A stretch of 64,000 nt of DNA from an uncultured Verrucomicrobiae bacterium (lineage in GTDB: Bacteria > Verrucomicrobiota > Verrucomicrobiia > Limisphaerales > Palsa-1400), in assembly GCA_963764165.1 (NCBI GenBank), contig CAVXRD010000002.1:2240001-2304000 (forward strand), read 5' to 3'. Within the stretch, counting starts at the first letter, position 1; every line of letters starts with the position of its first letter. Under the pieces are notes generated by a model. The model had not been told where the DNA came from, made no database searches, and saw only the letters and a list, made by a program, of their open reading frames with translations. Position numbers and translations under genes: made by a program. Shown here piece by piece: positions 1-12,800 of the stretch.

Positions 1-3000
1 CTCCTACTTGTTCGCCGGGGTTGATCGCGCCATTCAGCGTCGGGCCGCTTTGAGACACCAGCGTGGCCGTGGCCGGAACGATCTTGACCGCCGGCACGGC
101 GACGATGTTCGACACAATAACAACATTGTTGTTTGTGTTCGCGTCACCCGGCTGGCTGTAGACAGAGAACGTCGAAGCCATGTTAAGCGGGTTGCCTCCC
201 GAAGCAATCACCGGCGTTTTCAGCGTGTTAGTAATGGTGCGCTGGGCTCCGTTGGCCATCGTCCCAATATTCCAAGTAATGGTGCCATTGGTCACTACCA
301 CACCCGCTCCCACGCTGTTTGAGACGTAGGTTTCCGCATTTAATCCGGTGCCGCCGGGAATGGTCTGGGTGAATGTGACCGAGCTGGCGGTATTGGGGCC
401 GTTGTTATAGACGGTGGCCACATAGACCGCATTGCTCCCGGCCACCACTGTGCCGGGGAAGACACCGGCCGAGACACCAACGTCCGCCGATGGGCCTACC
501 GTGACGGTAAAGCTGGCAATATTGTTCAACGAAACGGGATCCTGCTGCGCCGCACCGACCGCGACTTGAACGGTATCCACAAAATTGCCCGTCGTCTTGG
601 GGCTCAACGTCACGGAATAAACCGCATTTGTTCCGGGAGGAAGCGTGTTGATGTAGGCAAGCTGGCCATCAGGCGATATTGTTCCCTGGCTGGACGTCGC
701 CGAAATGAAGGTGGCGTTCGTCGGCATGAAGTTTGTCAGCGTCACACCAGTCGCGGTCGCGGGGCCATTGTTCGTGATGACTGCGGTGAATGTGATGACT
801 CCATTTTGCAGAACGGTGGTCGGCGTCGCCGTCATGGTCACTCCAAGATCTGCTGCGGGCAACTGGACGAAGGTCGAAGCGACGGCTGAGTTGTTGCCGG
901 GATTTGGATCACTGCTGGTGGAGCCTACCGTGGCTTCGCTCGTCGCAAGGCCAGGATAGGTTGGGATGGTAATGACAGAAACCAACGTCGTTCCATAAAC
1001 GGGCAGCGAGCCAAGTGTCAGAGATAAGTTGGTCCCGTTCTGCACCACTTGCGCAGGGTAATTGCTGGTGGTGACAAATTGGAATCCCGGCGGCAATGCC
1101 TGCGAGATGACAATCGAAGTCGCGTCGCTGGGCCCCGCGTTGGAAACGTACATGTTGTAGACGACGTTGCTGAAGACGACGGCCGGATTTGGCTGCACTG
1201 TCATATTGAGGGACACGTCCGACCCCGGGCACTGGCCGCCGCCATCTGAGCATTCGTAGGGCGTCACGTTCACGCTCCAGCAGTTAAGCGTCGTTGGATT
1301 GCCGCTAAAGAGCTGGTTCGCCGTCAGCGTCCACGCGCCATTAAGGTTTGTTCCTATAGCCGGAAGGAAACTGGAAAGCGGCTCAAGGGGTTGATACCTT
1401 CCGACGAACGGCGCAGTGCCTGACGAAATCGAAACACTCGCCTCGTCATCAAAGGTGGTTTCATAGTTAGTTCCGCAAGCGATGCCAAAATTAGCGCCCT
1501 CGCCACCAACTGGATACGTGGTCAAAGTAACTGCGGTGCCGTTCGGGCTTGTCAAGATAAGCTCCAATCCTTCGTCGTATAAGCAGCTAATGTCGACAGA
1601 AGCGGTGATTTTGGCGGCGGAAGCCAAATTAGTCACGTATACGGTATCCTGAATCGTTCCCTGGCCGGTCAGCGAATAGGAGTTCGAACTTCCAAAGACG
1701 TTTGGCACGCCGACAATGCCGCTGGCCAGCTCAATATCGTTGGTTTGGATGGCCTCATCTGATTTCAGCAGCAGCACCAAGTCAATCGGGGTGCCGCAAA
1801 CAAAAGCCGTCTCCGTGCTGAGGGTAAACGGCGTCGTTGATCTGGCCGCCGTGTGCGGAGGCAAATCCGGAAAATTAACAGTTGATTGGCCAACGATCGC
1901 GTCAAGCGTGGTGGAATATAGGAACCCCTGGACGTGGGTGGCCGTCGCCACTCCGGCATTGGTAATCAGGAAGGTCAGGTTATTGCACTCATTGAAGTCA
2001 ATGACGCCATTGCCATTTCCGCCGGTCAGGACGTTGGTCACCACTTCCAAAACCGGTATCGCGACCGGCGGCGCCATATAATTGATAAAGTTGCTGCCTG
2101 TTGGCGTACCCCATCCCGTGCAAAGGTCGTACCCAGCAACAGCATAGAAATTGGTCGGACTATCCGGCCACGTGTTGTTACCCACTGTGATGTCGTGGAA
2201 ATAAGTCAGGTAATTTGATCCCTTGCCAATGGCGTAGACGGCAGGATTAATGAAGCCGATGGTGGGATGTCCGTATTGTGTCGCTTGCTCATTGATAACA
2301 GCCGTGTATCCGGCCCACAAGGGGGCAGCGGCGCTTGTGCCCGCGGAACTGCCATAATAGCCGTCAAAAAAAGTGGTGTAGACGTTATCCGCCGTAAGGG
2401 AAACATCAGGGCTGTTGCGATAGGTGGTTGAGCCCTGGTTTAGCGTCATGCTTATTCCCAACTGATAGCTGGGGATGTTATAAGACGTGCCAATACCGCC
2501 ACTGCTGCCCCAGTTGCTGTCCTCAACATACTCTCCCGTTCCCCAAACCGATTCCGAATTATAGCCGACTCCCAATCCATTCATAACCAGTTCCGTGCCG
2601 CCGACGAGCGTAAAGTAAGGGCTTTCTCCAGATTCCGCCCCGAAGTTGCCGGGACCCAGCGGGCCGTTGAAGGCACCCCGGTCACCGGACGCTTGGTAGA
2701 ACGAAATGCCTTGCGCCGCCATTTCTTTGAGCAGGGAATCGGTGGTGGCATCACCGCCATAGCCCCACGATGAGCTCATTTGTTTGGCCAGTCCATCCGT
2801 GGCCATGCGGCTGATCATGTCATCCGCCGGTCCGTAAGGGCTTTCATATACGTAGATCGCGGAAAGGCCAGGCGCCATCGCCATGGCCATTTCGATGTCC
2901 AGCGAGACTTCGCCCGTCCCGCCGCCGGCCGAAGCGACGCCACCGTCGATGGGCACCTTCACCACGTTTGATATCCGGCAAACCGGTCTGCTCCTCATAG

Positions 3001-3779
3001 GTGACAATGTCGCTGCTATAGTAAGTGTCAAACTCGAACAACGCGACACTCTGGCCGGCGCCCGTCAAAGTCACGCCAGGAAGATAGGCGTTGCGGAAAT
3101 CCTGGCTGACGTAGGTGCCGCCCAAGCCGGAGCCGCCAAATGGAACTGGCGTGTTTGTTCCGCCCATAGGGTTCCCCACCTTGATTGGCTTCGACATTTT
3201 CCCCAAGGGGCGTGGAATCACAAAATTATCCAAGCCCGCGATATGCAGCACCGTCAAACCCGCATCCACCGTCGGCTCCGCATCCGGCGCGAAAAACGTC
3301 CGCTTTTCCGTCGGATGAGCATATGTATGAATGTTGACGTGGAACGCCTTGCGAATTTCCGCCACAGTTGCATCCACCGAGATGACGAGCCGGTTGGGAT
3401 GCACCATCGATTCAGTCATTCCATTGGCCTTTGCGAAAGCGCGGACGGCCTCGTAGTCTGCTTTGGCCGGACCATACGATTCAGTGAAGTCTTTGACCGA
3501 CAGGTAATGATGGTAGCTGGGGCTGGCCGGGTCATAAACGTCCTGCAAAAACTTATCCAATCCAGCTTGATCTCTAAACGGCAAGCCAATGGACAAATGA
3601 AGAATGTTGGTATCCGGCAAATCTCCTACAGATGGAAGGCCAGCGGCGACGGCGGCGGGCACGTGCTTGCTCAATACACGGCCCTCAGCCGCATGAGCGG
3701 GCATCGGGGATGAAAGAAATAGAACTGCGCACAGCGTGGCCCCCGCTGCAAGTCGCATGCCCGTTTGAGGTGATTTCAT
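1..3779 (-). CDS. Secreted S53 (sedolisin/kumamolisin) peptidase with pro-domain, P-proprotein-like domain and at least 3 DUF11 repeats; one +1 frameshift at ~2967-2969; 3' end beyond window
   Basis: ORF 3779-2844 has a signal peptide and pro-kumamolisin domain (LDKFLQDVYDPASPSYHHYLS). Removing one A from ATC AAA CGT gives ...DINVVKVPIDGG...GEVSLDIEMAMAMAPG...QASGDRG...SAGTSAAAPLWAG...GYDLCTGWGTP (S53 Glu/Asp, SGD, GTS motifs). A P-domain follows (LILTSPNGTAVTL...TTFDDEA...NGAWTL), then DUF11 units (VSNAGPSDA, ITNNGPATA, VYNNGPNTA); I saw no stop before the window edge. Confidence 0.88.
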
Positions 3780-3844
3780 GATTTTCCTAAATAACTTAAC
3801 TTAACTGCTTTTCTGACTCTGACTAACGCCTTGCTCAACTAAGG

Positions 3845-6800
3845 CTATTGGCTGCTTAAGCGGAAGAAATGGTATCCATTTGTTCCGGGCAAAGTAAATA
3901 CGTATTCGCCGTTCACAACCGGCGGGTTGGGAATGTCATTCCACAGGCTATTTGCTCCAACTGGCGGCAATGATACCGCTCCCTGCAATGTGTAATTGCT
4001 GGCTTGCGCGCTCCACGTCAATTGATAGGTGTTCCCCACCTGGACAACTGTGATCGAAGGCTGGTTGACTTCAATCTTCACTCCGGCAAAGTTGTTGCCC
4101 TTGAGCGGATCGTAGACTGATGAAGTGACATAGGCCTCCACCAGTTGCGTCCCCAAGGCCCATGCCGCCGCGTTGACCGTCAAAGTCTGCACCGGTGAGT
4201 TGGGGGTGAGGGTGCCGATCGTCCACTGGATCACCCCGTTGGTGTCGGTTACCGAGCCAATCGTGGCACTCAGGCTGTTCGTAATGAATCCCGCCGGCAA
4301 ATCAAGTGTAGCGATGATGCCACCGGCTTCTGACGGTCCCCCGTTGGAGACAGCGAGCGTGAACGTCACGTCCATGCCTGCGAACAGATCGTTGGGAGTC
4401 CCGATGAGAGTCATGCCAACATCGGCGCTGGCCGGGCTAACGAGATTTACAGTCGCAACGACATTGTTGGTATTCGGATCCGGTTCCGCCGCGAGAACCG
4501 AGATTGTATTCGTGATGTAGCCGAGCTCTATGGGGACAACCGTAAGCTCGAACGCCAGGCCCTGCCCTACCGCCAGCGATGGCAGGGGAACGTTGATCGC
4601 GCCATTGACCGGCGACGGGTTGCCCGAAAGGGTATTCCCGACATAAGTCGCGCCAATCGGCAGAACATCCGAAAGACTTACATTTGTCGCAATCGACGGC
4701 CCATAATTGGTAATGGCTACGTAGTAAATCAATTGGTTTCCAGACGTGGCTTGGGAAGGAGCCGTGGACACCAGCACTTCGATATCCGCATCGTTCTCCA
4801 CAGGCACGCCGGTGCTGATATTCAACACCCAGCCATTGCTGATTAATCCAGAGTCCTGATTTGCGTCATTCATCGCCCATAGCGACCAGTAACCGTTGGG
4901 GCTGTTCCCGGTAAAGGTCGACAGGTTGGCGGAGTAGGGATAGGGCGTCACGGGAGCTTCCACTGGAACTCCTGAATTGGTGGAAGCTGGCAGTTTCGGC
5001 ATCAGAATTTGGTTTGTCGTCGGGAGATTTGTCCCGGTTGTAAGCCTCGAATTGAGCGGCAAATGCGACGGCGCCGTTTGATCAAATGTGAGATTAATGT
5101 TAGAGCTGTAATAGACGCCATTAACAGTTCCGACCCCGACCTGTCCGCCAACATGCGACATAAGGATCGAGTTCGAAACCGCTGGGACCTTCAACGATGG
5201 CGTCGAAGTCTTCCGGCGAACTGTGGGCGAATCCCTCCAGTGAGACGGTAACTTTCGTAATAAATCCGGCTACGCCGGTGACATCGATGAGGGATGGATA
5301 GCCGAATCCCGGCGCGACGCCATTCGTCGCCACCGTCAGGCCGGTCGCATTTTCCGGCAGATAGATTGTATTGGTGTTCGTAAACGAATAGGTGAGCCCG
5401 CCGATTGTGAATCCGAAGGAAACGTTTCCGAGGTTCGTGTTGGCGTCATCTTTCAGTGTGAATGTGGCCGCTATGTTTTGGCCATTTGATCCGATGGCCG
5501 TAAACGTAAACGGTTCCGAGACCGTCGGGCCGTTCTGAATCAGCGTCCCGTAATTGACAGGGCCAGAGACATTGGTAATTCCGTTGGTGGCCAGCAGTGT
5601 GGCATACAGGTTCTGAGCATTGCCTCCCGCAATGTCGCGCAGGCCGAAGAGGATGGTAACCGTGTCGTTGGAGTAGATGACGCCCGTGGAAGGCAGGATG
5701 CTTCCCGTCACGAAGGCCGTTCCAGATTTGACAACATATGCGCCGTTGCACTCCTGAATGGTCAGGATGGCTGTGCTCGGCGTCAATAATTGCACTCCTG
5801 CGGCGCCAGCGATGGTCGAGGAAGCTACGGACAGATTCAATTGAACTGTATGATCCGGCCCGATGACGTGGTTGTTAATTGGCGTGACATAGAAGTAGGC
5901 AACTGTTTGGCCAGGGTTAAAGGTTAAAAGCTGGTTGGTTTCGAAGTAATTTGTGCCCGGGTATCCCGATCCATGCTCGGTCGAGGCCGTCACCGATACA
6001 GTGAGATTTGTCAATCCTGTGCGCAAGACGGGTATGACGGCCGCCGTCGCACATTCACTGACTGTGTAGGCCGAAGACGCAAAGCTAAATCCGACATAGA
6101 CATTGGTGATAGTGACCACAGTTGTGGATGGGGAAATTATATAAGAATTAGACGACGGCTGCGAGAGAACGACGCTGAATGTCTTATTGCTCTCCACCAC
6201 GTTGGGGTTCAGGATCGGTATCGTGATAGTCTCGTTTGTGACTCCGGGCAGGAATGTCAGCATCCCGTTGGTGGCGACATAATCCACTCCGGGCAGCGCA
6301 TTATCCGCCGGGCCGGTTGTCGTGGCAAAATTGACCGTCAGTGTTCCGGTGGACGCAGGGAAGCGGCTGACGTTGATGATTACGTTGCTGCCGTTTTCTC
6401 CCACAAAATATGAATTCGTCGCAAACGAGAATCCGGTCACGTCTCCAATGATTCCGACCGTGGCAACTCCAGGCACTCCGACTTGGGTGCCGGCGCTCGG
6501 GTTTTGCAGAAGCACTTGGAAGGTCAGCACCGAGCTCACATTGGTCGTCTGCAGAATTGTGACAGGGATCGTCTGAAGCATGACCCCGGGCGGGAAAACA
6601 ATCGTGCCCGAGGTCGGGACATAGTCAACATTTGGCACAGCATAGCCGTTTGTTTCAGATGCGCCGGGCGGGGAATAGGTTGTGTAGCTGATGGTGGCGG
6701 TGCCATTCGTCGGGCCCACGCGCAGGATGGAAAGGGTCGCGGAACCATTTGCCTCCGTGGTGAAATAGCTGGAGTTGCCAAACTCAAACGCAGGGATGTC

Positions 6801-9800
6801 GTTGATGATGGTCATCACCGCTTGAGTCGGGCTCGTCAGTGTCGCGCCGCCCGTGGGGTTTGACAGGGTCAGGATGACGGTCGTGTTCGGTTGCGCATTT
6901 GTCAGCTGGAGAATAGGTATGTTGAATGTCGCCGAGTTTGTATCGGAAGGGATGAATACCGTTGTCGTCACATTTGAATAGTTGACCCCCGGAACTGCCG
7001 TGCCCGCCGACGTGGTGACATCGACTGTAACGTTGTTGTAATCCCCGTTGGTTCGGATAATGGTAATGACCGCGTTCGATACGGCTTCACTGACGATGTA
7101 GTTGGTCTGAGAGAACGAGATGAAGCCGGGCCCGGTCAACGCGCTATTAATTACCAATGTTGCGCTGTTCGGGGAGGTTATGATTGCGTTGGTGGCCTGT
7201 TCCATCTCCAAATCCACCGATGTGTCCTGATAGGTCGTCGGCGAGTTGGACAGATAGATCAGCCAATAGTTAGTGACCATGCCGGGATAAAAGGTCAGCA
7301 GATTCGTCGCTGGGAGGTAGTTCACATAAGGAACGGCCGAGCCATTAGTGCCTGTGTAGACAAGCACGCTGGAGGTCGTATTTGTGTTGCCAATGCGAAC
7401 CACCGGTATTGCAACCTGGCCGACGGTGGCAGATTGGTTGAATCCAGTCGCGCCAAATTCCAAGCCGCTGTTGGAATTCGTGATTGTCACCGTGGCCTCG
7501 ACTTGCGGCCCGATTTCCTCCGTATTAGAAGGCGGATTCGTAAGCAAGAGGTTGAAACTGAGGTTCGGCGCCACAGTTACCTCGGGCAGAATCGGCACGC
7601 TGATCGTTTCAAACGTTTCACCGACCGGGAATATCACAGTGTTGGTTGTGGCGGCATAGTTCACGCCGGCAAGCGCCGTTCCATTCGACGTGTAGAAAAT
7701 AGCGGTGACATACGGCGAGCCAAATGTGCCGCCGAGCCGCTGCAGCGTGACGGTCACATTGGTTGTATTGGTGGTTGTCGATGACACTCCGTACGTCTGC
7801 TGGGCAAATTGAATGGATCCATCGCCTGCGTTTGCGCCGCCGTAAAGGCGCACATAATTGTTCTCGGGTATGTTGTCAAAGGTCGAGAAGATGCCAGCCA
7901 CATTAATTTCAAAGTTGGTCTGGATGACAATGGAATTCACTGTTCCATTTGCGCCATAGCCAAAATTGATGCTGGGATCAATCGTGCCATCCGTGTTCAG
8001 GCGGGTGATGCCGTTGCGTGTCACAGCGCTGGCTTGCGAGAAGGAGCCGCCCAGGAGAATTCGCTGCTGGTCGTCCAGCACGATCGTTTGCACTGGATTG
8101 TTGCAGCCGACTCCCACATTGAAGTTGGTGTCCAGAGTCCCGTCGGAGTTCAGGCGGGCTATGTAATTATAGGACCTATTGTCCACCGACGTGAACAGCC
8201 CACCGATCAAGATGCGCCCATCCGCTTGCACGGCAATCGCCCGCACGGATGAATTGATGTCAGAATTGACACCGTCGAACGCTGTGAAATTGGTATCAAG
8301 CGAGCCATCAATGTTGAGCTGCACCAGATGGTGGTGGGCTTGATTATTGAAGGCGGTGAAGTCGCCACCGACCAATATCTTGTTATCCGGCGTGAGTGCG
8401 ACAGCGTGGACGACCGCGTTGCTTCCAGACGCTCCAGGCCCCACGTTGAACGTTGTATCGAACGCGCCCGAATACGTAACTCGGGCAACGCCGCCCGCGA
8501 GATGGCCGTTATAGTTCTGGAAGGCGCCCACAACAATGTAATTGGTGGAGTTATTCGTTCCCGCCGTCGGCACAACCATGTTCGTGATCGCGAAGATCGT
8601 GCCGTCAGCCCCCGAGCCTGGATTGAAGGAGGTGTCTAATGCGCCATTCAACTGCAAGCGGGCTATGCGCGGACTCGCGACGGTATCGATCATGTCGAAG
8701 TCGCCCACGACCATGACATTTCCATCCAGTTGTCCGGTCTGCGGCAAATCGCTCATCACCTGCCAGATCGTATTGTCAGCCCCAGCCATATTGAAGAGGA
8801 ATCCGGTGTCGAAATAGCCATCCGGCAGCATTCTCGCCACGTAATTGTAGGGGAAGCCGTTGAAGTAGGTAAATTCACCGGCCGCCAGGATCGAACCGTC
8901 TGGCTGCAATGACAGGGAATTTACGGCGGCGTTGAATCCAACGCCGTTGAGCGTTGTCTGGTCAACCGCTCCCGCGGCGTTAATGTGCAGCTCCGGATCA
9001 AGAATTGTCAGAACCGCCGTTTCCGGGAACAGGCCCGCGATGTTTGTGGGAGTTCCGCTGAACAACCGAAGGCCCACCAAGCGATCCGCCGCATTGGTCT
9101 CGGCAACTTGATAGACGGGAACGGTGAAACTGGCGCTGCTCACTCCGGGCGGCAGCGTGAGCTGGCCGTTGGTGGCGCCATAGTTTAACCCGGGCGTGGC
9201 TGCGACATAGGGCAAGTTCGCCGATGTTAGATTAGTCAGGGTATACGTGCTAAAGTCTACGGTTTCAGTTCCGATCGTGCCGCCGCGGCGAGTTACCGTG
9301 ATGACGGCTTGGCCGCCGTTTTGGAATACACTGTAGGTGGGGGAGGAGAAGTTGAGATATCCATTTGTATCCGTGTCAATGATGGTTACGACGGCGTTGC
9401 TGGGGCTCGCCACAACCTGTTGATTCGTGAGCGGATTCGAATTCCCCGCCACTTGGGCGTTGAACAGGAAGGCCGAGAAGGTTTTTGGGCCTTCAACCGT
9501 GCTGTCTTCCAACGTCTGGAACGAAACGGTTTTGGTCGATATATCGCCGTTTGTCCACGTCAGTGTGTTTGTATATCCGATATAATTAAGTCCATTTACC
9601 GCGGTGATGTTTGTCGTTCCCACTTCGACACTGATCTGTCCCAAAGCCGCACCGGATCGGCTGACTGCCACGGTAGCTTCGCTTCCCTTAAGCGCGCTGT
9701 AGCTCGGGGATGTGAACGCCAGATGCCCAGGTTGGAAGTGGTCATCGACAATCGTCACGGTGGTGAGCGCCGGCAGAATGTTCGAGTTGGTGGTGGCCCC

Positions 9801-12800
9801 GCCTGTGAGCGATGTAATGTAGAGATAAAAGAATTTGTTGTTCTGCGGTGTTGAAAAGTCCTTGATGGGTACTTTGAAGGTGACAGGGGTGTAGCCGCTG
9901 AAAGGGCCTTCGGGCGCCGACTGCCAATAGAAATCGTTAATATTGACAGCGGTTCCGTTGGCGGACTGGACCGTGACGCTTGGCTGGCCGTAATCGCCAT
10001 TTGTGCGCAGAAGGGTTATCGTCACCGTGCCCGCGCTTTCCAACACGGTGTAGTTATTTGTGCTGAAGCCAATGATTCCAGCCGGGAAATTGCCGTTGAT
10101 GATATTCAGCGTGGCGGAGTACTGCCCCAGCGCCGGCGCCAAGGGAATTGGCACACCGCCAAGGGCAAGAAGATTGTTTCCCGTCAAGGCCAGGAAATTG
10201 AGGCCTGCTGAGATGATCGGCGCGGCGCTGGGGTCGTTGTGAATGGCCAGCTCGAGCGCCGCCTTGCCGCCGTCCCCCACTGTTTGGATATTATTGTTAT
10301 AGCCGTATTCGCCGTCTCCTTTGCGCCAGCCATACGCATCATACGGAGCCTGGGTGAGGTCCCACACGATATCGTAAAGGCTGACCGGCTGCTTCAGTCC
10401 GTAATCCGCAGAGGTTGCGGAGCTGGAGCTGTTCGGGAGGGCGTTGGTTCCCAGTGTGACTTCGAGCGGCCCAAGGCTTCCATTTGTTCGATCGATTGTC
10501 ACATACAGGTACGAGCCAGTGTCCACCACCGCGTAGGGGTTTTGCGTCATCCCGATGTTGCCCGGGCAATTGCCGATGCCGACGTTGGCAACTTCGTTCG
10601 AAGGCGTGCTCTGCACCGTCGGCCCTGGAGTTGCGTTGCCGATAATGCGGGCGACGTAGCTGCGGTTATGAACTTGCTTGCGGGTGTATCCGCCGCCGAC
10701 GCGGAGGAAATTGCCGCCAGCGACGATATTGCCATCCGCCTGCAATCCCATTGCATAGACTTGATTGCGTTGATTGGAGGACGGATAATCATTCGGGTTA
10801 TAGGCGTTGGTGTTGTAGTAATGGTTTATGAATCCGGCGAATTGATTGTAAGCCGTGTCCATGAAGCTGGTGTCCAACCAGCCGCCTTCGCCGGTTTGAA
10901 CTCCACCCCCGAAAAGAATGCGGGCCATGCCAATGCGCCGGGTTCCGTTGTAACTCGTGAACTGGCCACCCGCCAGGATGTTTCCGTCCGGCTGGATGAC
11001 TATGGAATCGACAAGATCGTCGAACCCCGTTCCCGGGTCGAAACTCGCGTCCAAAGCCCCCGACGGAGTCAGTCTGGCAATGGAATTCCGGGAGACTAGA
11101 TTGAAATTGTGAAATGTTCCGCCAAGGACGATGGAATTATCGCTTTGCGCCGCCACCGCCAGAACATTCGCATCCGCTCCAAAGCCGGGATTGAAAGTCG
11201 TGTCTAGTGCGCCGTTGCTCAAGAGCCTGCCGACATAGTTCCAGTTAGTGCCATTGAGAGTCGTGAAGTTGCCACCCAGAATAACCCTTCCAGAGGGATC
11301 GATGGCGATGGAATTAACCGGCTGTTCCGTGCCATTTGTCGTGCCTATGCCGGAGCTGGGCAGAAACGATGTATCCAGGTTTCCAGTCGGCAGGATTCGC
11401 GCAATATGGTTGCAGTTGGTGGTGTTGAAGCTGGTGAAATCGCCACCAACCAGGAGGTTGCCTGCACTGTCAAGGGCCAGCGCGTACACGCTTCCGCTGG
11501 TTCCGCCACTGAAGCCAAATCCAGTATTAAATGACTTGTCCAGCGCGCCAGTTCCCAGCAAGCGCGCGATGTGGTAGGCGGGCGTTCCGTTTACCGACGT
11601 GAAGTCCCCGCCTATGATGATTCGGCCCTGGCTGTCAATCACGACCGCCCGAACGAAATTGTCGGGGCCCCGGCCGGGGTTGAAGCTGGTGTCGATGAAC
11701 CCGTTTGTTAGCAGGCGGGCGATATAGTTGATGGAGGTCGCGTTGTAAAGGTTGAAGTCGCCGCCGATGACTGCCCGGCCGCTGGCGTCGATCGCCACTG
11801 CATTGACGTAAGAGTCCGCGCCGGGAATGTCGTTTTGCGGCGGCTGCGAGGTATTCTGGTTGTCTACGTTCCAGTTTCGGTCCACAGCGCCCCCCGGTTC
11901 GATCAGGTTGGTGGCAATGTCGTTGAAGTTAATAGTCAGTGTTGCGGTCGAGATGTTTCCCAGCGTCGTCGGCAGTGGCGCGGAGAGATCTGACGTATAG
12001 TCCCCGGTGGTTTGGTATAGCTGCAGCTCAATGTCTTCGTCGAATTCGACCGCGCCATTTTGATAGATGGGGATGTAGATATACTGCTCGCTTACGCTTC
12101 CCATGGGGAAGGTTAGCATACCGTCAACCACCATCCAATCCGGCGACACTGGCAGTGAGAAGTCGTAAGCCGCTTGATTGACGCGGTTCGACGGCACTGC
12201 GTAGTCCGATTGCGCAACCGTGGCAAATTGATTGTCATCGATAACTGTTATGCCGGGAATATGGGAATCCATCGTGTAATGCACTGTATAAGACGCGACC
12301 GCGGCGCCGATGCCTCGAAGGGTTCGTTGAACAGGAATGTCGGCGAAAATGCAATTCTTTTGGACGCGATATGTATATCGCTCGAAATTGATCTCTGAAA
12401 AGTATGGCACCAGAAATCCAAAATTGGGGTCGAATGTCGTTGGGGGGTTTGTGTATAGAATTATGGGCATTCCCCAGAAATTCAGCGTGTTCATCAGCGC
12501 GGATGGCTGCGCTATTGTTGGCGGCACAATGTCTGGATTTTCCAATGGATCCAATACCGCGTTGGTCAGGGTGAGATTCACATATGGATTCAGCCCCGAG
12601 AAGCTATAATTTAGGTCGATGGGAAGAAACGGGTTGTTCAGCTGTTCTTGGTTTAATATAAACGGGTCCCCGGGCCCAAGCGTGGGAAGATCCTCCTGCT
12701 GGGAGTTAGGCCACGGTATATGCGGCTTGTTCATGGGATATACCTGAATAAAGACATCCTGGCTCATTTGAAAGTCATCAAAGGTAAGAGTGTTCGTCAT

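Noticed and set aside
3845..5194. 449-aa ORF as an independent gene; likewise 2844-3779 as a complete 311-aa gene
   Set aside because: Both are fragments of longer genes split by single-base frameshifts; domains continue seamlessly across the junctions.
6000..11900. Repetitive-looking sequence as possible CRISPR or DGR template/variable repeats
   Set aside because: Repeats are at protein level (delta-60, Calx-beta) with diverged DNA; no identical direct repeats with spacers, and no cas or reverse transcriptase gene in the window.
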